A stretch of 62,219 nucleotides of DNA, the filler included, from Sphacelaria rigidula (Eukaryota): assembly GCA_964200075.2 (NCBI GenBank). It is 8 parts of 8 records of this genome, joined end to end, with 100 filler letters (N's around TTAATTAATTAA, not from the genome) between each part and the next. Parts side by side here need not be neighbours in the genome. Positions count along the whole stretch, not along the records: positions 7,792 to 15,482 come from CAXNAA020013776.1; positions 15,583 to 23,273 come from CAXNAA020013777.1; positions 23,374 to 31,063 come from CAXNAA020013778.1; 5 more parts are not named here. One strand, 5' to 3'. How positions within the stretch are numbered: position 1 is the first letter of the stretch; each line of letters begins with the position of its first letter. Below are positions 12,390-24,605 of the stretch, piece by piece. The notes below the pieces were generated by a model. That model worked only from the letters and a program-made list of their open reading frames with translations. It had not been told where the DNA came from and made no database searches. A program made the translations under genes and the position numbers.

Positions 12390-13066
12390 GGCCGCTCCTT
12401 ATGGTAAAAAAAAAAAAAACGTAAACATGCTTATTTGTCCTTCGGCGTTTTACGCCCAAAAAAAGAGGTAGGCGGAGTTTGACACCTTGGAATGGCTTGC
12501 TCTACTCGTTGAGATAGTTCCAGGACATCTTCGCGTTTTCTGGTGGCCACAGTTTTCATTTTGGCTAAAAAGAAATTGTGCCTTGAGGTGGTCGAGTCCA
12601 GAGAAAAATGACAGATTCTCGATCTCTAGATTCAAAAGTTCTTGACCATGCTTGGACAAAAATGACAGTTTGGCCAATAAAAAACCACCACCGGAAAACG
12701 CGAAGACGTCCTGGAACCGTCTCAACGAGTAGACCAGGTTATTCGAACGTGCCAAACACCGTCTACCTCTCTTTTATCTTTTAGGGCGTAAAACGAAGAA
12801 TGGACCAAAAAAGTATCTTTGCAGGCGGATCTTCTTTTGTCTGCCATGTTAACCCTTAGACCGCGAGATTAGTCTTCTGTTGAATCGGTATCAATTTCGA
12901 GTGAAAAAAAGTATGCATGATCCAGAAAGACTAATCTCGCGGCCTGAGGGTTAAGCCTTAGACCGCGAGATTCGTCTTCTGTTGAATCGGCATCAATTAC
13001 AAGTCGAAAAAAGTATGCATGATCCAGAAAAGACTAATCTCGCGGTCTAAGGGTTAAGGAGCGGCC
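12390..13066. mobile_element. PIF/Harbinger-like MITE (same family) with two piggyBac-like MITEs nested in its right TIR
   Basis: TCA-GGCCGCTCCTTATGG ... AAGGAGCGGCC-TCA; inserts at 12853-12950 and 12955-13053 bounded by TTAA at 12849, 12951 and 13054. Confidence 0.82.
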
Positions 13067-13674
13067 TCACGAAAATATATATATATATGTTCGTATTTTG
13101 CGCTTTCGATACGACTCTATGCCAAATTTCAAAGCATCAATCTCCAGATGGAGACGCGAAATTCAGATCCAGTGCAGTGGTGCTTCTGCTCGTAATATAG
13201 TCAGTTTAGTACGGAAATATTGTGTACGCCATATCTCTAGAAGAAACATCGAATTAGGAGAAGGTGAGAGTATCGATTGTTTCCCTGTGCTCAAGGGAAT
13301 GTTGCGTCAAAAATCATGTCCTCAATACGGATTATTTATCCGTACGGAACAGGAATTCCTCGACATTGAGTGAATCAACGAGAAAAAAATGGCCAAGGTT
13401 TTCAGCAGACGGGCATCTTCCCCTTGATTTGTGGATCACGACCCAATTTGTCTGTGTCGTTGAGATACGGCTGTGAGAGCTTTAATCCGTTCTTAGGCTG
13501 GCCCAGCTCGTACAACAGTACTACTGTAATGGTGAACTGTTGTCCGTACGATATTCTGCCTCTTTCGTTCAGATACTTTCCGCATGTTCTCGTTCCATAA
13601 TATACACATGTGAATTCCATTTCTGGAAGAGATTCGGCCCAATCTCTCTCCTTGCGCACGATAGCATTCCTTAC

Positions 13675-13735
13675 CGAGCTCCATGTCCACCGCGGCCGAT
13701 GCGGCGTCCTGCGGCACGCTGTTGCTGCAGCCCAT
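13675..13735 (-). CDS. Probable first coding exon of an N-myristoylated/palmitoylated protein, G-alpha-like N-terminus
   Basis: MGCSNSVPQDAASAAVDMEL then G|GTAAGG donor; upstream CAG acceptor at 13810-13812; GC-rich codons. No downstream GAGESGKST exon found in the contig. Confidence 0.42.
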
Positions 13736-15407
13736 CCTCCCTTGCTCCCCTTCGACGCAAAGATGCGCGTTGCGGTCGCTCACGCCGATGCTGTGTGCCG
13801 ACTTGTTATCTGCCATCACCATTGGAACGAACATTAATGGACCAAGGATGATCAGAATCAGTACAGTGATCTCTACATCCCAATCGCAACCGTGTGGAAG
13901 GAGAGTGAACCCCCATACCTCACAAGAGTGCTTACGTTACTGGGAGTATGCTGGATGTATAAGCATAGCGGCCGAAGTACAACAATGAGCTGCCGTGAAG
14001 CTGTGACGAAAGCAAGCGCGAGAAAAAGGAAGCGAGCGGGGTAAGAGAGGGAGAGAGAGGATGGAGGGGAAGGGATACCGACGAGGATGAGGACATTGTC
14101 GTCATTGCGGAATTGAAATTTGTTGCTCACACCAGCGATATCCGATCGGCTGCTTGACTGCTCGTCTTGAACCGCCCGATAGTGAAGTATAAAGTTTGAA
14201 GTTTGCGGTCTTCTCACTGTGGTGTGGTAATCTTCTGTGGTTTCCAGGTAAACGCCGCACTAGAGTACAGTTGTACAGTAGTACAGTATCGTACAAACGG
14301 TAAAGAGTGTACCGTACAACTGTAGCACTGGCGCACACCTGAGCCCCTCCGCTACAAGAACGAACTCAACCGTAGATGTCAGTAGGCACATGGTTGAGGA
14401 TCTACGATGAGGAAAACTTGAGAATTGAGTTTTTTGTTTATACATTTGACCAAGTATGACCTATCAGACCCGTGCAGAACACATCATGTTTCGAACTTTT
14501 TCAGAGCGAAAAATATGATCAAGTGACCGACAAGACGTCTTCTGGGTGTTGACCTTATTCATCGAGTGGAGATAATGCTAATCCACCAAATGAATACACT
14601 GGGCACTCTCGGTTGACGGTAGGATAACGGACAGTTCCTAGTGTACAGAATTATGTCTTTGGCCTGTTCTTGTTGCCCTATCTAAATGCGTTTGGTCACA
14701 TGGCATCACCTGCTGTGCGTTGTTTTTTGTTGGTATCCTGTCTTCTAATAATATTATTCTGGACGCCAGTCTACACCAGCTACAAAAAAAGGTATAACAT
14801 TCTAACTACTAAGAATGCCATACCCTTTGATCAGCTACAATATCTACCTCTTCGTAACACGAGGTTTTACAAATTAATGTATGTTTTTTTAGGGTTCGTT
14901 CGTGCGCGAGGCCGCACATGACGCCCGAAGAGTGAAAAGTGCGTTTTTTGCAAACTTTTTCGAGAATCAGAGATCGCATCTTGCGAGAATGAGGTTGATA
15001 AAAAAACGGGTTTCAACTCCAAAAAATACGGGATTTTCCAAATTTGGAATGGATTTTTTGTTGAAGATGGACTTTGGGAAGCTTCATGTACGCATCAAAA
15101 TATTTTCGAAAAAGACATGCACATGCACTCTCCGCCCGTGATGTGTGGTTTCACTCATCGTTATAAAGTCCATCTGAAATTATTGGTGAAATCCAGGGGG
15201 GGTTTTACCGAACAATGTTGTTGTCGTCCTCCCGTTATTCCGGCACAACAAGTGTTCTTATTTATCATCTAAATCCACTAAAACCACGGGATATTCCAAA
15301 TTGCGGGTGTTTTTTTTTGTGTTCAGGGATGAACGAGGCCGCACATCACGGCCGGAGTGTATTTACAGTTTTTCGAAAATATCTTGATGCGTATATAATA
15401 TGCGGGT

Positions 15408-15482
15408 CGCCCCGTTGGCTCAGTTGGTAATCTCGTAATCTTCTGATGGTTGAGTTGTGGGGTTCGATTCTCGGAGCGATCT
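15408..15482 (+). mobile_element. tRNA-derived SINE head or tRNA pseudogene (cut by contig end)
   Basis: Pol III A box TGGCTCAGTTGG and B box GGTTCGATTC at tRNA spacing, but no clean cloverleaf. Confidence 0.55.
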
Positions 15483-16262
15483 NNNNNNNNNNNNNNNNNN
15501 NNNNNNNNNNNNNNNNNNNNNNNNNNTTAATTAATTAANNNNNNNNNNNNNNNNNNNNNNNNNNNNNNNNNNNNNNNNNNNNGTAGGTTTTTGTCGCCCC
15601 CCCCCCGTTCCCCCCCCCCAGCTTGGGGTGATACCCCGTTTTCCCCCCCCTCCCCCCCCCCCCACCGTCGTGCCTTGGTTCGCAAGCATGTTTGTAGATG
15701 TCGATGAGCTGCCGTCGACAGTCCCTTCCAACCCGATCATCAGTCTCATGAAGAAGTAAGCTTAAGTCGTTGAGCTGTGTTGACGTTCGGGCTGCAGCCC
15801 AAGTCGCGTTGTCGTGGTGAAAAAATACTCTCGGGCGCCAAACATCGGTTTAAACTGTCATGGTGCCCCCTGTTGGCTTTGATCGCCAGGTACCAGAAAT
15901 GATCGCAATGAGCACGCATAACCGCCCTCATCGCGTCGCTACTCAACTCCGACACATTTTGTTACCGTTTCCGTTGCATTTGCTTCTCTGTCTTGCTGCT
16001 GCGATGTGCATTGAGTAAGTAGAGTCACGACAGGTCGTCAGTTCGCAGGGTAGGGTGCCGGGCGGGTTGTCGCTTTTGCTTGCATTTTGGTGGGTGAAAG
16101 TATAGTACAGACAGTATCAGCGGTCGTGGGAGGGAGACTAACGCGGGATGACCACGTAACGACGCCCTGATTGCGAGCAACGTCTGTTCTCTCTCCCGCC
16201 CCATGACTTGCAAATACAGAATATTCGGCGGATAGCGCACAGCTTGTCGAAAGGCTACGGCC

Positions 16263-16905
16263 ATGAACGGGCAATGGCAACCCCCGCAGTTACCTCCCAT
16301 GGCAGAAACCCCAGATCACGCAGCCACGATGGGCCAGCGCAGAGTGGGGGGAGGAGGAGGAGCACGGGGCGGATCGATCAGTCCAGTTCCGGGAAGCGCC
16401 GAGGCTCTCCCCTCGCCCGAAGAGCTTGAAGTCAAGGCAATGAGCCTCGGGTTACCTCCGCTCGAGCAATGCCTACGACGCTGCCCTCGCTGCCTGCAGG
16501 GTGTCCCTATCCGCAGCATGACTTGCCCGCACTGCCAGTTCAGTATCCCGATCTCCGCCAAGACCATGGCCAAGCGGGAGATAAAGGACGCGGCGCAACT
16601 GAGTCCTGGCGTCGCCGGCGGAATGAACGGCGGCTACGGAGGAAACGCGCGGGCGTCAGCGATGGCTTACGGTAGGGGTGCATACGACAACGTGCCTTCG
16701 GATGTATTAGGGCAGGACGGCGGCGGCGACGACGGCGGAGGCAGTGACTCGGAAGAGCGACCAAGGCGGGAGAAGAGGCGGCGGCAGTCAACCAAGAAGG
16801 GGCCCATGACTGCTACTGAGGCGGAGCTTGCGGAGCTTGATGAAGGACTGGGGGAAGATGAGGCCACCAGCTGGAAAAAGACGTCTGGGCAACGTCGATC
16901 AACAG
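16263..16905 (+). CDS. CHD-family chromodomain remodeller, exon 1 (zinc ribbon CPRC..CPHC, low-complexity and NLS-like region)
   Basis: ATG-initiated GC-rich frame ending ACAG|GTGTGC (phase 1), which splices in frame to 18294. Confidence 0.78.
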
Positions 16906-18293
16906 GTGTGCCGAATGTGTGGCGAGCTTCGTGCTTCAGTCGGTGTAATGGTATAGTAGGTGTAGTGGTGGGAGGTGAGGGTATGTTTTCGTGTATTAGA
17001 CGAAGGTTCGCTGGAGTGCCTTCTTTTGCGCCATAGTAGATTGACCTGTGCTGTCAGTTACCAATCCTCGGGTGCGGTATATTCAACGTTTCTCAGGACT
17101 CGGGCCTTCGGTATGTACAGTCACCTGTTGGACACGAACTATGGATACTGCGGGGAATGCGACACGTTTTGTGCTGGACAACATCAGAGGGTGCCGGTTG
17201 CCGAGTGTCGGGCTCCTGACGGGGGTTGCACAAACTGATGAAACTGGTTACTTCAAGATTGCTGTAAGACTAACTCATGAGTGACGTCAACAGCGTACTC
17301 GTTGCACCAGCCTCAGATGTTCATAGATCGTCCAGAATTGCCGACGCGTTTCCGTAGTCGAACAGTGGTGTCCCGTGTCGCTATTGTACAGTACAAGGTT
17401 GGATCGGGTTCTGTATACTGGGATCGTTTACAGCAGGTTGGCATTTCAGTCCCATTCCAGCTTCTGTTCGATCATTTCGTGCCCTGGTGATTCACCGCTC
17501 ATGAGTGTTTTGTGGAGAACATGAGAGGGTCGAGGGGACGGGGACAGCGATCGTGGACTGGTCGATACGAACTGGTTGAAAAGTCGGAATATCAAGAGAA
17601 ATCGCCAAATACGCGTGCGTCTAGTACGGTCGACCAGCGTGCATGAGTTACCAAAATGCAAGGAGATGCAATCCCTCGCCGTTGTTGTGGGCAGCCCTCG
17701 CTGCACGAGAACCCGTGCTGGAGGTTGCGTTGGCTGCAAATCGCTCTGCTTTCCGCCAATCATGATGGTCGATATTGGTCGACTAAGCTGGGGTGACGAT
17801 GGGATCACGACGCTATCGCGTGCAAGTCGCAGCGATAAATGGCATTTCTATTTTTCCAAGCACGCTGCACGACTAGTTTCCGTATGACACCGTTTTTCAT
17901 CGTCTGTCGCTCTGCCCGTATTTGGTGGGTACACTGGCAGCAACATGGCAACAGGGCAACTTCCGGCGCTGTTTTTTACCGGAGCGCGGGTTAACATGTA
18001 ATTCGCACGTGCAACGTTCACAAGTCTCCTATACTAGGTTACTCCTGTGTATTTCATGCCGACGAGCGAACATGACGTGTAGCGCGTCGGGCGGGGACAG
18101 CATCAATACTCTGCGGCCACACCACGTTGAAAATGGCTGCCGCACTCCACCTGGAACTAGATGAGCAGCGGCGATGGCCACCTTTCCTGAGTGTTTCCTG
18201 TGAGAGGATCGCTCTTTTTTTCTTGCAAAACCGGCATAGAATGAAACGGCACGCTGATGCTTATTTGCGGTATTACATTTGCTCGACTGGCAG

Positions 18294-18487
18294 GCCGTGT
18301 ACAGACGGACAAGAGGAAAAAGAAGTGTCCTAGCTGCGGCGAGATGAATCCCATGTCTGTCAAAGTGTGCCGTGAGTGCGACAGCGTTTTTCCTGTGGGA
18401 GCGAGGCTTGACTCGGCCGTGACGAGCGAGGAGCTTCGAGAGAAATTCAGCTTCGAACCGGAATTCAACAAGGACGGCACGCCAATG
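18294..18487 (+). CDS. CHD-family gene, exon 2 (zinc ribbon KKCPSCGEMNPMSVKVCRECDSVF)
   Basis: TGGCAG acceptor, ATG|GTGCGT donor; phases consistent. Confidence 0.85.
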
Positions 18488-19455
18488 GTGCGTTCATGTA
18501 TGTTTTGACACAGAATTCCATGTTTTGGCGCTCATGTGCTTTTTCTTTTTTCTTTCGACACACATTCGTCCGCGGAATAGATGCGTACGCGGCACCCTAG
18601 GTTGGTAGCTACTCGGCGGCTGACGAGAGGTAGTTTGATGAGTACGTTGAGAGCCACCTAGGAGCAGGAAGGCCTGCAGCAGCTCTGTGGAGCAGGGTCT
18701 CGGCTGTTGCTGCAAAGGCTATATTACTGCCTCGTGTCAAAAGCCTACCCAAGTCAAAACGGCTAAAACACGACCGCATCTCACTACAGCTTTCAAAACG
18801 TTGCCGAACGAGGGGCAGGGATGAGGTATCGCATGGATTTCACAGAGTAAACGCTTGGATCGGTTCATGTGGTCGGTTATACATTCTCGTTTGTCACACT
18901 ACCCCCCCTCCCCCCCCCCCATTTCTCGGGGGTAGTCCGTGGTCTCAAGGGATCAACCATTCCCTCCCTGGGTACACCTCTTGCATGCTTGTATGGCGGA
19001 TTGGATCATGACCATTAGCACTCCCGCACCGGGTCGACTCTCGTCAATTTTTGTTTTTTTCTCCTCAACTCCTCACGTTTCAACGACGGAAATCGGAAAC
19101 TTCTAGAGAAAAAAACACGAGCATTTTCCGGGAATCAGGTCTGCAATATTATTACCATTAGCCCGCCCGGGTTCCGGAGCAAGCACACTGTATGCTCTGT
19201 GTGAGTGAAGTTGTACAGTGTCGAGGCTATTTCGGTATCCTCCGTGCGGTGTTTTCGACTACATAACCCTAATATGGTTCACCAAATGGTACCATTGTGT
19301 GGCACGACGGACGCCCTTTCTCTGTAGCGACGAACCTCCCGCGAACCTCCCGTCAACGCCGTGTTGCCCGTCTCTTCCTGCTGTGTTCACTCGGTTTCGT
19401 TCTCCTTGCTTGTTTTGCGACGGCCCTGCTGGTGTGTCATTTTTTCCGTGGGCAG

Positions 19456-19515
19456 ATCGAGAAGATTTTAGCGCGGCGCCCCATTAAACAACCGGATTCT
19501 GACGACGAAGACGCG
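19456..19515 (+). CDS. CHD-family gene, exon 3 (start of chromodomain 1, IEKILARR)
   Basis: GGCAG acceptor, GCG|GTGAGA donor, 60 nt, phase 0. Confidence 0.82.
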
Positions 19516-19819
19516 GTGAGATCCCACTGCTCTATTTGCACCCTAGTCTGTGTATATGTTGGTATCTCTTGCCGTCCGTTTAATTGGAGGCGCGAAACGC
19601 TGTATACTGATTCGTCCTTTTTGGAAGAGGACCAGAACATCAAAAATTAAGTAACAGCGGTCGTAGTCTCTTCCTCTAGTATCGTTGACCGCTGTATATG
19701 TAGAATGGAAGTCGTGCCTCAACTCGGCGTTCGTGTTTTTGTTGTGTATTCTCCGAGTTCCAAGTGCTGCACTTTTTTTTTATCATTAGTTATTTTATTT
19801 TTTCTTGTCGCACTTTGAA

Positions 19820-19970
19820 TCCCTCCGCTTCCTCGGGACGAGTCCGTGGTCTCGAGGGACCAACCCATCTCTCCCCCATATACGCCTTGCATTTTGGTCT
19901 CGCGGATTGGGTTAGCACTACTTGTACTACTCCCGCACTGCACGTCAAACAAACTCAGTCGACTACTTGC
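19820..19970 (-). mobile_element. SINE body fragment (also ~18920-19045 minus; longer copy 50725-51042 plus)
   Basis: Reverse complement matches 50865-51010 (agtagtcgact..gtttgttt...cgcgagaccaaaatgcaaggcg...gagaccacggactc). Confidence 0.72.
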
Positions 19971-20357
19971 TGCACCGTAGGCGGGTAAGCAAGTTTACTT
20001 CAGCGTTGGACTATTTCTTCCAGATTTGTTTTCATGTCAGAGGTACTCAGTGTCCAATTGCCTTCGTTGTGAGTAGTTTTGTCTTGGCTTCTTTCTCAAC
20101 TTTTTTTTCCTCCAGAGTCTCGATCACGAGACGAGACCCGGCGGTCGAACGCTAGAATGGCGACGCCTCCGTGTCTGTCATTGTACTACCGTGCGGTGCT
20201 TGGGAGATGGCTCGCCTATTTTGCTCTCTTGCACGAGAAGGCGGCGGCGGCGGCGGCGGCGGGGAGGATGTTTGTCCTGTTTGTACTCTGGAGACGTTTC
20301 CATCTAACCTTACGTTTTTTTGTCACGTTTATGTTTTGGCGTTACGGTGGTTGCCAG

Positions 20358-20705
20358 ATGTCGGTCCTAAAAAAGCACCACAGGGGAGGTCAACTCGGCC
20401 ACCACTATGAGTGCCTTGTCAAGTTCAAGGGGGTGTCTTACGCCAAGGTGGAGTGGATTAACGAGCTGGATGTGAGGTCCCTAGGCATGGTAGCTTCGCG
20501 CATGCTGACCAACTACCTGAAGAGCAAGGAGCGAGAGGAGGCGGAAAACAGGATAGAGGATGACGAGTATTTCGACCAGTCGTACCTGGAGGTGGAAAAG
20601 GTCCTGGACGAGAAGGTGTTCATGATGGAACGGGAGATTTATCCTGAGGGGTATGACGCCAACGGGCCTACCGATCCGGAGGAGGAAGAGGAGGAGGAGG
20701 AAGAG
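20358..20705 (+). CDS. CHD-family gene, exon 4 (chromodomain 1 and start of chromodomain 2); gene continues beyond the recognisable exons
   Basis: YECLVKFKGVSYAKVEWI ... EYFDQSYLEVEKVLD matches CHD6-9-type tandem chromodomain motifs; CCAG acceptor, GAG|GTAATT donor. Confidence 0.88.
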
Positions 20706-21723
20706 GTAATTTGTAGCACCTGGGAATGAGCCTTCTTTATTTTTGCACGGTGTTTGGGAAGAAGCACATTTGGGGCTGTTTAGGCGACTAGAGTCTGACG
20801 TGGGAGGGAGATGAAGTGTGAGTACAATGCATTAATGCATTATATGACTTCTCAAGTGATCGATCGCATCGAATTCCATTTCACCTGCGGGCTGCTTCAT
20901 GGTTCGTGTGACCCAAAATTCGCTCATAAGCAAATGGCTTTTCGCAATATCTACCCAAAATGTCGCATACCTACATTTTTTGAAACTGAAGGGCATAGGC
21001 ATTGGAAGAGGGTGACATTGCCCAGTTTTTGTTGAAGGCCATGGCGGTGGCGCTAAGGGTCAACATGTGTCTCGACCCATGAGCGCCCGACCAATTGTTC
21101 TGAAATCAAGATACGAATTCCCAGTGTAATCGATATCAGATCTCCACATGCTTCAAACGTTTTTAACAGCGATCAGCTCTGGAATCTAACGGGAAAATAC
21201 AGTTTCGAAAATGGTTACTCGTACTGTGGGATCGAATAATGCCCAACACCTTGATATTTCTCTGATTTAGGGTTCAGGCGTCGTCAGATTTCCACTCATG
21301 ATTCGCATCAGACACCCAGAGAGGCTCCCGATCGTTTCCATTCTAGCTGTCGTGAAAAAAGCTCAGGCCGCCCTCGGACTTGGCAGTTTGGTAGACACTG
21401 GTACTCCAAACTTGAAAAAGTGTTCCTTGAAGTATTCGAACGTTTTTCCGATCTTTGTCGGCTTCCGGGGGTCCCGGCGTGAGGAACCTGGGGAGCCAGT
21501 CAAAAATGCCTCAAGACGAAACGGAAAAGTTGTACGCGTCTCGGCGTAGTCCAAGAAACATGTGTACGTTTGTATGAAGTTTTGCTGCGTAAGTCGGAAA
21601 ATTGATGCGATGGGGCCGTTTCCACGTTGAGCATACCCGCAAGAGTCTGTTTGTACTATAACCAAGCAGTCAGGAATTTGTACCTTTCAAGCTCCCCTTC
21701 ATCGCACATAAGCGCAGATGCTG

Positions 21724-21962
21724 CACGCCGATTCTTGGAGCTGGACTCTGAAATTTTGCACACATACACTGGGGCATGACGAAACTTTCGATGGATGATA
21801 TTTTCTTCGCTGCTTAGTGGGGGTCCATGACCCTGCAGTCACATGTCCTCATGAGACCCCCGATAACCGGCGAAGAAAAAAAAATCATCGTTCATTGAAA
21901 GATTCGTGATGCCCCAGTGTATGTCTAAACGATTTCAGAGTCGAGCTCCAAAAATCGGCGTG
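21724..21962. repeat. Long imperfect fold-back with a TA-flanked Tc1/mariner-like MITE core (21767-21919)
   Basis: TA-CACTGGGGCATGACGAA ... TTCGTGATGCCCCAGTG-TA, with a further ~40 bp of inverted symmetry outside. Confidence 0.75.
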
Positions 21963-22930
21963 AATATTTGCGGATGAGTGAGTTCTGGGACACGAGCGTG
22001 AACCAGCCTGCAGCACTATCTGGGTAATCTTTTTTGTATGAAAATGGGTGCTGGAGGTGTGCAGTTTTTATCATGTATGATGCTTTGGGGACATGATACC
22101 ATCGCCATCTGATGCGCGTCTCATAACACGACGATACTTTGAAGGTGGGTAGGTGTCTACGGTTTCGTAGAATGTCCACATCGTGTCTGAGACAGTTGAG
22201 TACGACCGCGTAGAGGACTCATATTTCTGAGAGAGCGAATCTTGGATTCCCCGTGGCCGACGTTGTAGTCAGGAGTAGGGCTGGCCAAATGTTGCCTTCC
22301 TATCTCGTGTGCTGTTTCGGTGCATACTGTCGATGGCGATTTGTGTGAGACTCTTTTTACGTGTTAAAAGCCGCGACACCGAAGTGTGAGGCGTGTGTAC
22401 CGGGGGAGAGAGATGGGCTGATCACTCGGAACCGCGGACTCGTTCCTGGGAAGAGGAGGGGAGTCAAAAATGTGAACAAAAACAAAATACCACGGCGCGA
22501 TGAAACTTGTTTCTGCCGCAAGCGTGGTCACGACATTTTACCCATTCTATAGTGGTGTCCTTGCTGTGATTGTACTGCGTGAAGCGAAGCGTGACTGGTT
22601 CTCGCGCGTTGGGTTGGTACATTTTGGACACGTTTGTTTGTGTCTCCCCACCGTGTATTAGATCGTATGGTATCCTCTCTTGTGCGTGTCACGATGGACC
22701 TGGGATCATGGAATTCGATTTATCATTATTTCGATGTCCGTCAGACGGCGGTGCATGTGTGTGTATGTTCGAGCTGTAGTTTCCTCCTGACAGACGTGCT
22801 CTCGGCATTTGTGATGTTTTTATTCCTCTTCCGTGGAAACCTGGTAGATGACCGTTTGTCGTACATGTCCTCGGGTTACGTCCACTGGCGTGCGACTGAT
22901 ATTTTCCCATACCCTCCCTCCCTGGTGCGG

Positions 22931-23273
22931 CACCCATGGGGCAGTGTACAAGACGTGGCTGTCTCAGGAAGTGACGATACCAGATAGTAAAGCAACTCAT
23001 TTTAGGCTGTCATCCAAATGATCAATTGCGAGCCTGGTCCGGCGAGAACCCGGCGTGCTCCGTCCCGGCATTGTAGGGATGCGAGGTCGATGGTCTCATG
23101 ACTATAGCATGCATGATCATGAGTACACCCCTCCCCCCGGTGAGACACCCATGAGGCAGTGTATAAGCTATGGCTGTCTCTGGAAGTGGCGATACCAGAT
23201 GGTAAAGCAACCCATTGTAGGCTGTCATCCAAATGATCAATTGCGAGCCTGGTCCGGCGAAAACCCGGCGTGC
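22931..23273 (+). repeat. Dispersed ~215-bp element in tandem (family 1, ending ...ATGAGTACACCCC); other copies 31164-31220 (-), 34742-35040, 42484-42590
   Basis: Shared ttgcgagcctggtccggcgaaaacccggcgtgctccgtcccggc...gtagggatgcgaggtc...catgagtacacc. Confidence 0.88.
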
Positions 23274-24534
23274 NNNNNNNNNNNNNNNNNNNNNNNNNNN
23301 NNNNNNNNNNNNNNNNNTTAATTAATTAANNNNNNNNNNNNNNNNNNNNNNNNNNNNNNNNNNNNNNNNNNNNGAGTCTCGTCACTCCAGCGATGTGGCC
23401 CATTTGTTCCCTGCCTCAAAGGTGAGCCCCCCCGGGGGGGCGGGGGGACCCTGCGGGGAGGCGCATGTCGCCTTCGGCTCCCACCTGTGCAAGCGCAGGC
23501 GGAGGCTGCGGAGAATTTATAACCCTGACACAGACAGCATTTTCCCGGAGCGGCGGCACGTTTTACGCGGTGCGCTAGACGCACGAAGCAAAATACGGAT
23601 TTTGGACAATGCCATCGATCCGCCCTCAAAACGCAGTCCCCTCGGCCCAGACTGCGTGAGACGTCAGTGGATGCATGTGGTGACACGCAGATACACTCAC
23701 TTCCTGCTGGGTGGCTCCTGCCCCGGCAAACAAACACATCGATCCGGATTGCGCACACTCTGGATGATGTCATTCTACGCGGTATATATCTTGGTATCGC
23801 CTGTAGAGGTGCTCATTTCAGGAGACACGGCCGTGCAAGCGCTCTTAGAGCTTGTACGTGCTGAAACTTCGACCACATGTCATGTAGACTACAGACAACA
23901 ACCCCATCTTGCTGAATATGGGGTTGCGCGGTTTGTGCGTGCGTATTGGGACGAAAAGACGTCGGATTCTGTTCCGATTTTTTCTTTTATTTTCTTCTGG
24001 AGTAAGACTGTTCAGTAGTACCCTCAACTCTCCACACTTTCGCACTTGACTACAGTTTGAAATTTCGTTTGATGAGACCTTGTCGGGTCGCAGTGCTACA
24101 TGGATTTGAAGACGCGCGCTAATTTGCCAATTTCCACGATGTGTCATATTAGGCACAACTCGCGATACATCGTCAGCTAGAACGAGCTGAAGGAAAGTGA
24201 GCTTCTTAGGCGGACCAGCCTGTAAAGCACAAGAACCATTTTGCCGACACTTGAACGGACCAAGTTTTGTCATGCCGTGACTAGTGACTGGTGGTGTCAT
24301 GTGCCTCACCTGGTGTTGTGACGACCGCTGACCCTAACGTTTCCCCTCCCAATACTATTTTGGCCCCGATTACTTGACGCGGTAGCTGCTGCTGACTGTG
24401 GGAAGGGTCTCAAAGCCAGTACATGAATACGGGATCCAAAAAATAGACTGTGCGTTGCTGTGCGTGCCCCCAGACTACATTCATGCCACGCATCAAAACT
24501 GGTTATTTTCTGTACACAAGCATGGCTTGGCACC

Positions 24535-24605
24535 TATCCATCCAAGATCCATCCAAGATCCATCCAAGATCCATCCAAGATCCATCCAAGATCCATCCAA
24601 GATCG
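24535..24605 (+). repeat. 11-bp tandem repeat (ATCCAAGATCC)n
   Basis: About 6 consecutive units. Confidence 0.92.

Noticed and set aside
15408-15482. Functional tRNA gene
   Set aside because: A and B boxes are present but acceptor and anticodon stems do not pair; better read as a SINE head or pseudogene.
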